Below are positions 20,585 to 29,790 of a stretch of 32,563 nt of DNA, in pieces (position 1 is the first letter of the stretch; each line of letters opens with the position of its first letter). The stretch lies in assembly GCA_038893835.1 (NCBI GenBank), contig JAWAQR010000014.1:1-32563 (forward strand). Reading direction: 5' to 3'. The notes beneath the pieces were generated by a model, which saw only the letters and a list, made by a program, of their open reading frames with translations, did not search any database and had not been told where the DNA came from. Source of the stretch: Archaeoglobaceae archaeon. Lineage in GTDB: Archaea; Halobacteriota; Archaeoglobi; Archaeoglobales; Archaeoglobaceae. A program made the position numbers and the translations under genes.

Positions 20585-22524
20585 ATTTCTATCATTTCTC
20601 CTGTTCTTTTGTAAATTTTTAATCCACCTATTCTTTCAAGCTCTTCTGCAAATCTTTCACTTCTAAGCACTTCCAAAAACTTTTCCACTGCCCTCTTTTT
20701 AAGTCTGTCTTTTGGAATAAGGAAGTCGTATTCTTCACTTCTAAGCGGTATAAAATCGAGCCCATAAACGTTTGCAACACTCTTTATTCCGATTCCTACA
20801 TCCGCTTTTTTCGTTGCTACAGCAACGGCTATTGCATCATGTGTTTTTGCCTCAATTTCATAACCCTTTATCTTTTTTGTCAAACTCGAAAAATCAACCC
20901 CTAGCTTTTCGGCAAGCGCTCTTAAATGCATGTCCAGCAAAAGTCTAGTTCCCGAACCTTTGTTCCTGTTTATGAATCTAACGTCATCTCTTAAAAGATC
21001 TCTGAAATCTCTTATCTCCTTCGGATTCCCTTTTGCCACAATAAATCCCTGTTCACGTAAATAGCCTTTTACAAGAACGGCATTCTTGATTCCAAGTCTC
21101 CTTATGATTCCCTCATTGTAAACTCCGTCTTCATCTAGCAAATGCGTTCCGGCTATGTCGGCTTCACCCCTTTTAACTGCAAAAATCCCCCCCATGGATC
21201 CGACGTTTATAACCTTTGCCCTTATCGCGGCTAATTTTAAAATGACATCCACTCCAGTACAGTGGCTGCCAATAAAGACGAGATCTGCTAGATTTATTCC
21301 GCTAAATAGTTTAACTTTTACTCTTTCATTCTCTTCAAGCATTAAAACGTTTTCTGGGATCTCTATTATTCCATCGCTAAAAGCGAGAGCTGTAATGGCA
21401 CCGCTATAACTTCCAGTTACAGGATACGCTGAATATCCTTCCTTTCCAAGAACTAAGTGGACGGGTAAGAACTCTCTCCTACCAATTTCGGAAAAAACTT
21501 TCACCGCCAATCTTGCATCGATCCAATTTTCAAAATCGCTGAGACCAACTAAATTTCTGATCATTGGCGCTACAATGACCTCGAATACTGTCAAAGCAGA
21601 AACAGGATAACCTGGCAAACCAAAGATTGGCTTTCCATCCTTTATAGCTATTACAGTTGGTTTTCCGGGCTTAATAGCTATTCCGTGAACTATAACCTCT
21701 CCAATTTCCTCGAGAACTCGATAGATTTTATCACCAAAACCAGCTGAAGTGCTTCCACTCGTTATAACGATATCCGCAGATTCCAGAGCTTTGAGTATTG
21801 CATCTCTCATAACGCCCTCATCATCTCCTACAATTCCAAGTCTTTTCGCCAATCCTCCGTTTTCTATCACTGCAGAGCAGAGTGCATAGGAGTTTACATC
21901 GTAGATTTTTCCAGGTCTTAATTTTTCTCCGGGCTCGATTAATTCATTTCCAGTGGATATAACTGCAACTCTTGGCTTTTTGTAAACCTTAACTTTCTCT
22001 ATACCACAAGCTGCGAGTAAACCTATTTCTCTATGTGTCAGCAGAGTCCCCCTTCTTAATATCAGCTCTCCAACCATGATATCGCTTCCTGCAAACATCA
22101 GATTCTCCCCCGGAGAAACGGGTTTGAAGATTTCAACGAAACCCTCTTTTTCCCTTGTAAACTCAACCATTACCACAGCATTGGCACCTTTTGGAATAAC
22201 AGCCCCAGTTGAAACTTCAATGGCCTCACCATTTTTCAATTCAACTTCTGGCCAATCTCCAGCCTCTATTTTTCCAAGAAGCTTAAGCTTTACTGGACTG
22301 TTCTCATCTGCTGTAAATGTATCCTCTGCCTTTACAGCATAGCCATCCATTGTGGCCCTATCGAACGGAGGTACGCTAACGGCCGCATGAACATCTTCCG
22401 CCAAAACTCTGCCTGTTGCATCCAAAATTTTTACCTCTTCAACTTCTCGATTAAGCTTGCAGCGCTTTTTTAAGATCTCCAATACCTCTTCAATTGTAGA
22501 AATCTCCCTAAACACTTTTCTCAT
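20581..22524 (-). CDS. moeA: Molybdopterin biosynthesis MoeA fused to a PBP (substrate-binding) domain
   Basis: PPFDRATMDGYA, STGNEL, KPGKPT and GLPGYP, followed by PBP motifs GSHC, GSMGG and NRNKGSGTR. Confidence 0.93.
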   Translation of the reverse strand: MRKVFREISTIEEVLEILKKRCKLNREVEEVKILDATGRVLAEDVHAAVSVPPFDRATMDGYAVKAEDTFTADENSPVKLKLLGKIEAGDWPEVELKNGEAIEVSTGAVIPKGANAVVMVEFTREKEGFVEIFKPVSPGENLMFAGSDIMVGELILRRGTLLTHREIGLLAACGIEKVKVYKKPRVAVISTGNELIEPGEKLRPGKIYDVNSYALCSAVIENGGLAKRLGIVGDDEGVMRDAILKALESADIVITSGSTSAGFGDKIYRVLEEIGEVIVHGIAIKPGKPTVIAIKDGKPIFGLPGYPVSALTVFEVIVAPMIRNLVGLSDFENWIDARLAVKVFSEIGRREFLPVHLVLGKEGYSAYPVTGSYSGAITALAFSDGIIEIPENVLMLEENERVKVKLFSGINLADLVFIGSHCTGVDVILKLAAIRAKVINVGSMGGIFAVKRGEADIAGTHLLDEDGVYNEGIIRRLGIKNAVLVKGYLREQGFIVAKGNPKEIRDFRDLLRDDVRFINRNKGSGTRLLLDMHLRALAEKLGVDFSSLTKKIKGYEIEAKTHDAIAVAVATKKADVGIGIKSVANVYGLDFIPLRSEEYDFLIPKDRLKKRAVEKFLEVLRSERFAEELERIGGLKIYKRTGEMIEI

Positions 22525-23765
22525 TCGAAAACCTCCGTTAGATCTCTCAGGAGATATACTTCCACTTCATCTCCAGCCTCGTAACCCTCAACTTTTTCCG
22601 GAACTATGAGCAGAGCATTTGCCTTAATTAGCGAACTAAAAATTCCAGATCCAGAAATTCTGACAGGATAAACTTTTCCATTTTCCCAGTAAACTCTCAC
22701 AAAGCTTTTAATCCCTATCTCTGAAGCAACTCTTGATTGTAAAATTCCCCTCTTTTTGCTCCCCTTTCTTTCCAGAATTCGAACGTTCATCATTCTGAAA
22801 AGTGCAGGAACGACAAAGGTTTGAAAGGATAAAAATGAAGCTGTTGGAGTTCCAGGAAGCATGAAAATAGGCTTATCTTTAACAATTCCAAAAGCAGTTG
22901 GCATTCCAGGCTTCATAGCTACGCCGTGAAAGACTATTTCTCCATGTTTTTTCACAACTTCTGGAACGAGATCGTGAGAACCAACAGAAGTTCCTCCTGT
23001 AAAGATCACAGCATCAAATTTCAGCGCTTTTAAAAGCATCTTCTCTATTTCATCCGGATCATCTTTTGCAATTCCTAAATAAAATGCTGGAAATCCGAGC
23101 TCTTGCAGAGCATTGCAGAGCATTGGGGCATTTGAGTTATATACTTTTCCAGGCTGAATCTCCTCATAAATCGATACAAGCTCGTCTCCAGTAGATATGA
23201 CTGCAATTTTTGGTCTTCTGTATACTTCCACATATTTAACACCGATGGCAGCAAGAATTCCTGCATCTTGGGGTTGTAAGATCTCCCCTTTTCTAAGAAC
23301 AACTTCTCCCCTCTTTACATCTTCTCCCCTTTTTATAACATTTTTAAATGGTGAAACACCTTTGAAAACCTGTATCATTCCATCGACTTCTTTTGTATGT
23401 TCTAGCATAACCACAGCATCTGCACCCTTAGGAATGGCTGAACCCGTAAAAACTCTGACCGCTTCACCACTTTTAATTTCAATCCCACATTCCTTCCCTA
23501 TTTCTACTTTTCCAACTATTTTTAGAAAGGCCGGATTCATTTGAGAAGCTCCAAAGGTATCTTCAGCCTTCAAAGCGTATCCATCTACAGCAGAGCGATC
23601 GAATTCTGGAAGATCGACCTTAGAAATTACATCCCTAGCCAAGACTCTTCCGGCGCAGTTTTGAATGTCAACAAGTTCGACTTCAAGAACCTTCAATTTT
23701 CCCATCATTTTTTCGATTGCCACATCAACTGGTTCCAATTCTTTGAATCCGCGATCCTTTACCAT
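22521..23765 (-). CDS. moeA: Molybdopterin molybdo/tungstotransferase MoeA
   Basis: FDRSAVDGYA, STGDEL, GGTSVG, KPGMPT and LPGTP motifs. ATG 23765 lies ~23 nt after TATA TTTTTAAA (leaderless start); the longer ORF extension runs through the sRNA. Confidence 0.93.
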   Translation of the reverse strand: MVKDRGFKELEPVDVAIEKMMGKLKVLEVELVDIQNCAGRVLARDVISKVDLPEFDRSAVDGYALKAEDTFGASQMNPAFLKIVGKVEIGKECGIEIKSGEAVRVFTGSAIPKGADAVVMLEHTKEVDGMIQVFKGVSPFKNVIKRGEDVKRGEVVLRKGEILQPQDAGILAAIGVKYVEVYRRPKIAVISTGDELVSIYEEIQPGKVYNSNAPMLCNALQELGFPAFYLGIAKDDPDEIEKMLLKALKFDAVIFTGGTSVGSHDLVPEVVKKHGEIVFHGVAMKPGMPTAFGIVKDKPIFMLPGTPTASFLSFQTFVVPALFRMMNVRILERKGSKKRGILQSRVASEIGIKSFVRVYWENGKVYPVRISGSGIFSSLIKANALLIVPEKVEGYEAGDEVEVYLLRDLTEVFE

Positions 23766-23805
23766 CGTCGATAAAGTTTGAAGAAAGTTTAAAAATTTTC
23801 TCAGC

Positions 23806-23859
23806 GGCTCAGAACTCAAAACCATCATCATGATTCAGTGGGGTCCTTTCATCATCGCC
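23806..23859 (-). ncRNA. Box C/D methylation guide sRNA
   Basis: Minus strand reads GGC-G-ATGATGA(C)-AAGGACCCCA-CTGA(D')-ATC-ATGATGA(C')-TGGTTTTGAGTT-CTGA(D)-GCC. All four boxes match consensus, the guides are 10 and 12 nt, there is a terminal GGC/GCC stem, and BRE-TATA GAAAG-TTTTTTATT lies upstream at ~23880-23893. Confidence 0.9.
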
Positions 23860-23948
23860 TTGCTAAGTTTAGTTTCAAAAATAAAAAACTTTCATTACAA
23901 CAACTTTCGATCGAAAAACGTTTATGCAATAGTCGGAAATTTCATGAG

Positions 23949-24374
23949 ATGAGAAGAGTTGTAGCAACTGGAACCTTTGACATAATCCATCCAGGACATA
24001 TTAAGTTCTTGGAAGAGGCTAAGAAGCTTGGAGATGAACTAATAGTCATCGTGGCTAGAGAAAAGAATGTAAAACACAAACCAAAGCCCGTGATTCCTGA
24101 GGAGCAGAGAAGGAGGGTTGTTGAGGCTATTAAATTCGTAGACAAAGCAATTCTCGGTGATGAGAACGATATATTCAAGCCAATCATGGAGCTGAAGCCG
24201 GATGTTATAGTTCTTGGCTACGATCAACATTTCAGCGAGGAATGGCTTAGAGAGGAATTGAGAAAGCGCAATTTAAATTGTGAAGTCGTTAGAATAAATG
24301 TAAAGGAAGATTGTGAGCTCTGCAGCTCGCATAAAATTATAGAAAGAATAATCGAAAAGTATGGGGTGAAATGA
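23949..24374 (+). CDS. ribL: Archaeal FAD synthase (cytidylyltransferase family)
   Basis: ATGTFDIIHPGH, EEQR, LGYDQ and SS..I motifs with C-terminal cysteines; same operon as ribC. Confidence 0.85.
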   Translation: MRRVVATGTFDIIHPGHIKFLEEAKKLGDELIVIVAREKNVKHKPKPVIPEEQRRRVVEAIKFVDKAILGDENDIFKPIMELKPDVIVLGYDQHFSEEWLREELRKRNLNCEVVRINVKEDCELCSSHKIIERIIEKYGVK

Positions 24375-25486
24375 TGCTTTTGATGATCCCTGGACCAGTA
24401 CAAGTGCATGAGAGAATTATAAGGGCGATGTGTAGGCAGATGATAGGACACAGATCTGCAGAATTTGGTGAGATTTTGAAGTTTTGCGCAGAGGTAATGA
24501 AAGAGGTTTTTGGAACAAAAGGAGACGTATTTTTTATTTCTGGTTCAGGAACGGCTGGAATTGAGGCAGCTATAGCTTCTTTTAGCAAAGTTGGTAAATT
24601 TGTAACGCTTGAAAACGGAAAGTTTGGAGAAAGACTTGGGGAAATTGCTGAGAGATACGCTGAAGTGGAAAGAATCAGCTTTGAGTGGGGTAGACCTTTA
24701 GATTTGGAAAAGCTAAAAGAAGCGCTGGAAAATGGTGCAAGAGCCGTTGCTTTCGTTCACAATGAAACTTCTACAGGAATGTTGAATCCAGCAGAAGAGA
24801 TTGCAAAGATCGCTAAAAAATATGGAGCCTTAACAGTAATGGATGCGATAACGTCTGCGGGAGGAGATTATGTTAAAATGGACGATTGGGGAATAGATGT
24901 TGCAGTTGTCGGCTCTCAGAAATGTCTTGGTGCTCCTCCTGGACTCGCAATTGTTGCTGTAAACGAAAGAGCATGGGAATTTTACAATCCAAGATGTCCG
25001 CTATACCTCGATTTAAATGCGTATAAGAAGAAATTTGCGGAACTTCAAACTCCATATACTCCAGCAATCCCCCTCTTTTTTGCCTTAGAAGAGGCTTTGA
25101 AGATGGTAAAAGAAGAAGGGCTTGAGAAAAGAATTCAGAGACATAGAAGGATGAGCAGAGCTGTTAGAGAATGGGCAAAGGCTATGGAACTTGAACTATT
25201 CCCTAAAATCGATGGAAAGGCAGAGTATTCGAATACTGTGACAGCAATTTGCATTCCAAATGGGATAACAGAAAAGGAGCTGAGAGACACGCTTAGGAGG
25301 GAATATGGAATCTTGGTGAGCGGAGGGCAGGAAAAAGTTAAGGGGAAGATATTCAGGATTGGAACAATGGGTAACATTGGTAAATTTGAAGTCATCTCAA
25401 CACTCGCTGCAATTGAAGACGTTCTGAGAAGAAGAGGATTCATGAATTCAGGACTTGAAACGGCTATGAGAGTTTTGGGGGATTGA
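24371..25486 (+). CDS. Class V PLP aminotransferase (serine-pyruvate/alanine-glyoxylate/aspartate type)
   Basis: MIPGP, GHRS, SGSGT, HNETSTG, DAITS, GSQKCLGAPPGL and FRIGTMG motifs. Confidence 0.92.
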   Translation: MMLLMIPGPVQVHERIIRAMCRQMIGHRSAEFGEILKFCAEVMKEVFGTKGDVFFISGSGTAGIEAAIASFSKVGKFVTLENGKFGERLGEIAERYAEVERISFEWGRPLDLEKLKEALENGARAVAFVHNETSTGMLNPAEEIAKIAKKYGALTVMDAITSAGGDYVKMDDWGIDVAVVGSQKCLGAPPGLAIVAVNERAWEFYNPRCPLYLDLNAYKKKFAELQTPYTPAIPLFFALEEALKMVKEEGLEKRIQRHRRMSRAVREWAKAMELELFPKIDGKAEYSNTVTAICIPNGITEKELRDTLRREYGILVSGGQEKVKGKIFRIGTMGNIGKFEVISTLAAIEDVLRRRGFMNSGLETAMRVLGD

Positions 25487-25487
25487 T

Positions 25488-25946
25488 TTGAAAGTAGGAA
25501 TTGCAGATACGACTTTTTCCAGAATAGACATGGGAAGAATTGCAATAGATGAGCTTAGAAAAATCTCTTCGCTGAAATACGAGCGGTATACAGTTCCGGG
25601 AATAAAAGACCTACCAGTTGCGGTCAAAAGACTTTTCGATGACGGTTGCGATATCGTGATTTCCTTGGGATGGGTTGGAAAGACACAAAAGGATCTTGTC
25701 AGTTACTTAGCTATGAGCATTGGATTGATAACCGTTCAGATCTTAACGGGGAAGCATGTGATAGATGTAACCGTTCACGAGGATGAGGCTGAGGATGAGA
25801 GAGAACTTTTGGCAATAGCGGAAAATCGCATAAGAGAACATGTGAGAAATGCAGTGGATCTACTTCTGAATCCAAAGAAGTTGCAAAGATTGGCTGGAAC
25901 TGGTCAAAGACAAGGTTATCCTGACGTTGGACCGATTTTGAGATGA
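25488..25946 (+). CDS. ribC: Archaeal riboflavin synthase
   Basis: GIADTTFSRIDM, TVPGIKDLPVA, VHEDE and AGTGQRQGYPDVGP motifs; TTG start after GGGGGA. Confidence 0.93.
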   Translation: MKVGIADTTFSRIDMGRIAIDELRKISSLKYERYTVPGIKDLPVAVKRLFDDGCDIVISLGWVGKTQKDLVSYLAMSIGLITVQILTGKHVIDVTVHEDEAEDERELLAIAENRIREHVRNAVDLLLNPKKLQRLAGTGQRQGYPDVGPILR

Positions 25947-27358
25947 GAATTTTACTAGTAACAGGAAAACTTGCAGAGAAGATTGTTAGGGAAAACGCGT
26001 TAAACGCAGAAGTTCATGTCTGTGACATAGACGTAGCTGCCTTTATAACTCCAAAACACCTCGAAAATCTTAACTTAAAAGATTATGAACTAGTCCTTGT
26101 TCCAGGATTAACAAAGGACTGCAACTGGGAGGAATTTGAAAAGAGGAAAGGGGTAAAGATAAGACTTGGCCCCATACATGCAGCGGACATAAGTAGGGTT
26201 TTAAAGTTTGTTGATAAGATCGAGTTCTCCCATAAAATTCCTGCTTGCAAGCTAATAGATGCTATAAGAGCTGAAGAGGTTTTTAAAGAAATTGAAGAGC
26301 TGGAAAGGACTGGTGTCTTCAAAATTGGAGACGTTTCGATAGGAGGAAACAGCAGGATGAAGATAGTGGCGGAGATAGTAAAACCAAGAATTGAAGAATT
26401 GGCTGAAAGAATCGAGTATTTTTCGCAAAACGCAGATATAATTGACATTGGAATTCCAATGGAGTTCGATAGCGATGAAATAAATAAGATAATAAAGTTT
26501 GCAGTGGATTTTTCAAAAAAGCCTGTGAGCGTCGATACTTTTAATAAAAAAGCAATAGAGATCGCTGTAAAGCATGGAGTTGACATGGTAATGAGTCTTT
26601 CTAGTTCCAACGTTGAAGTTCTTGAAATAATCGAAGATCAAGCTCTGGTTGTGGCTGAGAGAGATTTGGAAAGGCTTTTAAGACTCGTTGAAGTGGCTAA
26701 AAAAAAGACAGAAAAGGTGATTGCAGATCCTATTCTCGATCCCCCTCTTAACGTTGCGAGGTCGATTGAAAGATACCTTGAATTTAGAAGAAGGGATCCA
26801 AATACTCCACTTTTGTTTGGCGCAGGGAATGTGACCGAGCTGAGCGATGCGGATAGCGTTGGTATAAATGCTCTCCTAGCATTCATCGCAGAGGAAGTAG
26901 GTTGCAATTTGCTTTTCACGACAGAAGCAAGTCCAAAGACTTTCGGAAGTGTTAAAGAGCTTAAAATCGCATCTTATCTGGCAAAGATAGCAAAAATCAG
27001 GAATGCTCCACCAAAAGACGTTGGGATAAATCTTTTGGTGCTAAAAGAAAAGGTTAGATATGAGTCAGAGAAAGTAAGAGACTTTTTAAAAGCAGAGGAG
27101 AGCAGGGAATTCCACAGAGATCCCTTTGGCGATTTCATAATATTCCTTTCAGATGGAAAAATCTTTTGCAAACATGAGAAGGTTACAATTGCTGGAAAAA
27201 ATGCTAAAGAAATACTGGACACAGTTCTAAGGCTTAAGCTAGTTTCAAGACTTGATCATGCGGCTTATCTTGGTAGAGAATTGATGAAGGCAGAAATAGC
27301 TCTGAGACTCGGAAAAAATTATATACAGGACAGAGAATTAAATTTTGGAATTTATTAA
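25943..27358 (+). CDS. Dihydropteroate synthase-like protein (TIGR00284/Orf20-like) with C-terminal DUF4346
   Basis: LLVTGKLA, ADIIDIG, PVSVDT, GNVTELSDADSVGIN, TTEAS, PPKD and DHAAYLGRELMKAE motifs. Confidence 0.88.
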   Translation: MRILLVTGKLAEKIVRENALNAEVHVCDIDVAAFITPKHLENLNLKDYELVLVPGLTKDCNWEEFEKRKGVKIRLGPIHAADISRVLKFVDKIEFSHKIPACKLIDAIRAEEVFKEIEELERTGVFKIGDVSIGGNSRMKIVAEIVKPRIEELAERIEYFSQNADIIDIGIPMEFDSDEINKIIKFAVDFSKKPVSVDTFNKKAIEIAVKHGVDMVMSLSSSNVEVLEIIEDQALVVAERDLERLLRLVEVAKKKTEKVIADPILDPPLNVARSIERYLEFRRRDPNTPLLFGAGNVTELSDADSVGINALLAFIAEEVGCNLLFTTEASPKTFGSVKELKIASYLAKIAKIRNAPPKDVGINLLVLKEKVRYESEKVRDFLKAEESREFHRDPFGDFIIFLSDGKIFCKHEKVTIAGKNAKEILDTVLRLKLVSRLDHAAYLGRELMKAEIALRLGKNYIQDRELNFGIY

Positions 27359-28302
27359 AAAATATTTTTATATATTTCATTTAATTTACAAAGAACTTCC
27401 CTAGCAACTTCAATCTCCCTCAAATCAACCTTTTCTCTATTTGTATGGCAATCTTTTAGCTCTCCTGGACCCCAAACGACAACATCGAATTTTTTAGACA
27501 GATTGCAAGCATCTGTCCAAGAGGGCATTGTGGTAAACTCTGGAACTTTCCCGCAGAGTTCAACAGCTTTTGCGAGAATTTTCGCAACTTCTTTACTGTA
27601 AAAACCATCCACAGCCTCTACTATATTTATTTCGGCATCCAGCTTTTTCAACTCATCCATAGCCATCTGTAGTTCACCAGGCTCCAAAAGAAAGTCAAGC
27701 CTTATGAAACAGTGCTCTGGAATCACGTATTCGTAGCTTCCGCCTTCAATTCTTAAAATGCTAACTTTAAACTTTCTCGATAGATCAGAATAAACCTTAA
27801 AGGCTTTTTCGATAGCGTTAACACCATGCTCTGGCATAGAAGCATGACAGGAAAAACCCTTAAATTTTAAATCCACCTCTATGCAGCCAAGATGCTTTGA
27901 AGCAATTTTTAAGTTCGTTGGTTCCATTACGATCGCGTATTTTCCATTCCAGTAGTTCAGAAACTCTCTCGATCCTTTGCCACTCTCCTCTTCTTCACAG
28001 AAAAAGGCTAAAGCGTAATCTAATCCTCTTTCAGCAGCTTCGAGAATTGCAGCAATGCTCGCTTTAGCGTCTGCAACTCCGGTTCCAAATGCGTAATTTC
28101 CTTCGATTCTGAAGTCAGCTTTTAGGCTAACAGTATCAAGATGAGTTGCGACAAGCAATTTTTCCCTTTTATTTGCTAATAGAAAAAGTTCTTTTTCAAA
28201 TATTTCATAACCACAATTCTCCAGAAAACTCCTAACGAAATCCTTCAGTTCTCCCTCTCTTCCACTTGGAGATTGGATTTCCATGAGCTTTTTCAACAAC
28301 AC
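27355..28302 (-). CDS. M20-family metallopeptidase/deacylase (ArgE/LysK-like)
   Basis: SPSGRE, HLDTV, GVADAKAS, EEE, EPT, HAS.P..G.NAI, WTDA and GPG....HT..E motifs. Confidence 0.88.
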   Translation of the reverse strand: MLLKKLMEIQSPSGREGELKDFVRSFLENCGYEIFEKELFLLANKREKLLVATHLDTVSLKADFRIEGNYAFGTGVADAKASIAAILEAAERGLDYALAFFCEEEESGKGSREFLNYWNGKYAIVMEPTNLKIASKHLGCIEVDLKFKGFSCHASMPEHGVNAIEKAFKVYSDLSRKFKVSILRIEGGSYEYVIPEHCFIRLDFLLEPGELQMAMDELKKLDAEINIVEAVDGFYSKEVAKILAKAVELCGKVPEFTTMPSWTDACNLSKKFDVVVWGPGELKDCHTNREKVDLREIEVAREVLCKLNEIYKNIF

Positions 28303-28342
28303 TTCAAAGAATTTAAAAGCAGAAATTAAATCTTTCTCATTT

Positions 28343-28810
28343 GTGGAGATTAGGAAGGTTAGAAAAGAAGATATGCAAAGTTTTGTTGAGGTTTACATTG
28401 CTAGCTATAAAGGACTTGAAGAATACGCTTACAGAACTCGTAGGGAAATAAGGAATTACTTTAACTGGTTGTTTAAAAGAGACCCGAACGGATTTTTTGT
28501 TGCCGAGATAAATGCGAAAGCAATTGGTTTTGTTGCCTGCGATACAAACTGGTTTAGCATTTTTGAGTTAAAAAGAGTCGGTGAAGTCCATGAGATCTTT
28601 ATACTGCCAGAGTTCAGAAGGAGAAGTGTAGGATCGAGACTTTTATCTCACGCAATCGACTACGCTCTGAGGAATGGTAGAGATGTGATGGAGCTATGGG
28701 TTGGAGAGAAAAATGAGATAGCAAAACTATTTTATGCAAGAAATGGTTTTATGGAAGCTGGAAAGGTAGGAAAATGGGTTAGAATGGTGAAAAAATTAGA
28801 AGAACTGTAA
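28343..28810 (+). CDS. GNAT N-acetyltransferase
   Basis: IFILPEFRRRSVGSRLL acetyl-CoA motif and LWVGEKNEIAKLFY..GF. GTG 28343 avoids overlap with the M20 gene. Confidence 0.88.
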   Translation: MEIRKVRKEDMQSFVEVYIASYKGLEEYAYRTRREIRNYFNWLFKRDPNGFFVAEINAKAIGFVACDTNWFSIFELKRVGEVHEIFILPEFRRRSVGSRLLSHAIDYALRNGRDVMELWVGEKNEIAKLFYARNGFMEAGKVGKWVRMVKKLEEL

Positions 28811-29698
28811 CACATAGTTTGCGGAAGTTGCTAAGACTACTGCAGAGAGAATTATTCTTATCATTTTTTCTGGCATGAACTTCTGAATTCTCGCGCCTAT
28901 GTACATGCCTATGAAACCACCTATGCCAAGAGCTATGCCAATTTTCCAATCTGGAGGATGGCCGAGTGAATAATAGCTGAAAATTCCAAAAACTGAAGTT
29001 AAAAAAGTGCCAAGAAGGGTTGCTCCAGCAGTTGTATAGACTGGAAGACTGAAGATGCTTGCAAGTATCGGTGCCAGTATGGCTCCTCCCCCTATGCCAT
29101 AAATTCCGCCAATGATCCCGATTATGAATGAAATTGCAAAGATGGTTACAGGATTGAAAGAGAAGACTTCTCCCCAAAATTCATATTCTATCCTAGAAAA
29201 TCCGATTTTTCTAGTCTTAACAGTCGCATTAACTGGAATTCCAGCGGCTATTTTTTTAATTCTCTCTCTCTTCATGACTTCCACTCTTTCCTTGAACTTT
29301 CTCTCAAGTTCTGCTATTTTTGGATTTGGCTTTATCGCTGAAAAAAGAACTCTTATACCGAGATAAAGTAAAACAAGACCAACAAACAGCTTGAAAACTT
29401 TTGGATCGAGGAAGTATGTCACCCTTAGATGTGCGCCGATGAAAACACCTGGTAAAGTTGCGAGAATCGTTATTGAAGCTATGGGCCATGCCATTCTTCC
29501 TTCACGAATGTATCGATAAACACCGCTTGGTATGGCTATTAAATTATAAACCAGATTTGTGGCACTAACAGCTGGAGATGTAAAGCCGAGGACGCTTACT
29601 TGAAAAGGTAAAAGAAGGAAAGCACCGCTGACACCGGCAGGGGATGTGAATATTGCAATTAACATCGAAATCAAGGGTAGAATGAGAATGTCTATCAT
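28796..29698 (-). CDS. TauE/SafE family sulfite exporter
   Basis: Two repeats, AGVSGAFLLLP and GIYGIGGGAILAP; about 8 transmembrane segments. Confidence 0.85.
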   Translation of the reverse strand: MIDILILPLISMLIAIFTSPAGVSGAFLLLPFQVSVLGFTSPAVSATNLVYNLIAIPSGVYRYIREGRMAWPIASITILATLPGVFIGAHLRVTYFLDPKVFKLFVGLVLLYLGIRVLFSAIKPNPKIAELERKFKERVEVMKRERIKKIAAGIPVNATVKTRKIGFSRIEYEFWGEVFSFNPVTIFAISFIIGIIGGIYGIGGGAILAPILASIFSLPVYTTAGATLLGTFLTSVFGIFSYYSLGHPPDWKIGIALGIGGFIGMYIGARIQKFMPEKMIRIILSAVVLATSANYVLQFF

Positions 29699-29790
29699 AA
29701 AGTTATTTAGGAAAGAAAAGTTAAAAGATTTTCCCTTTTATTGGATTCTGTCCTCAAAAAGTTTTTAATTAGATTCGTGAAAGCTAATAC

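Noticed and set aside
23766-23948. 5' extensions of the moeA and ribL ORFs
   Set aside because: The region contains promoters and the C/D sRNA; conserved protein sequence starts at 23765 and 23949.
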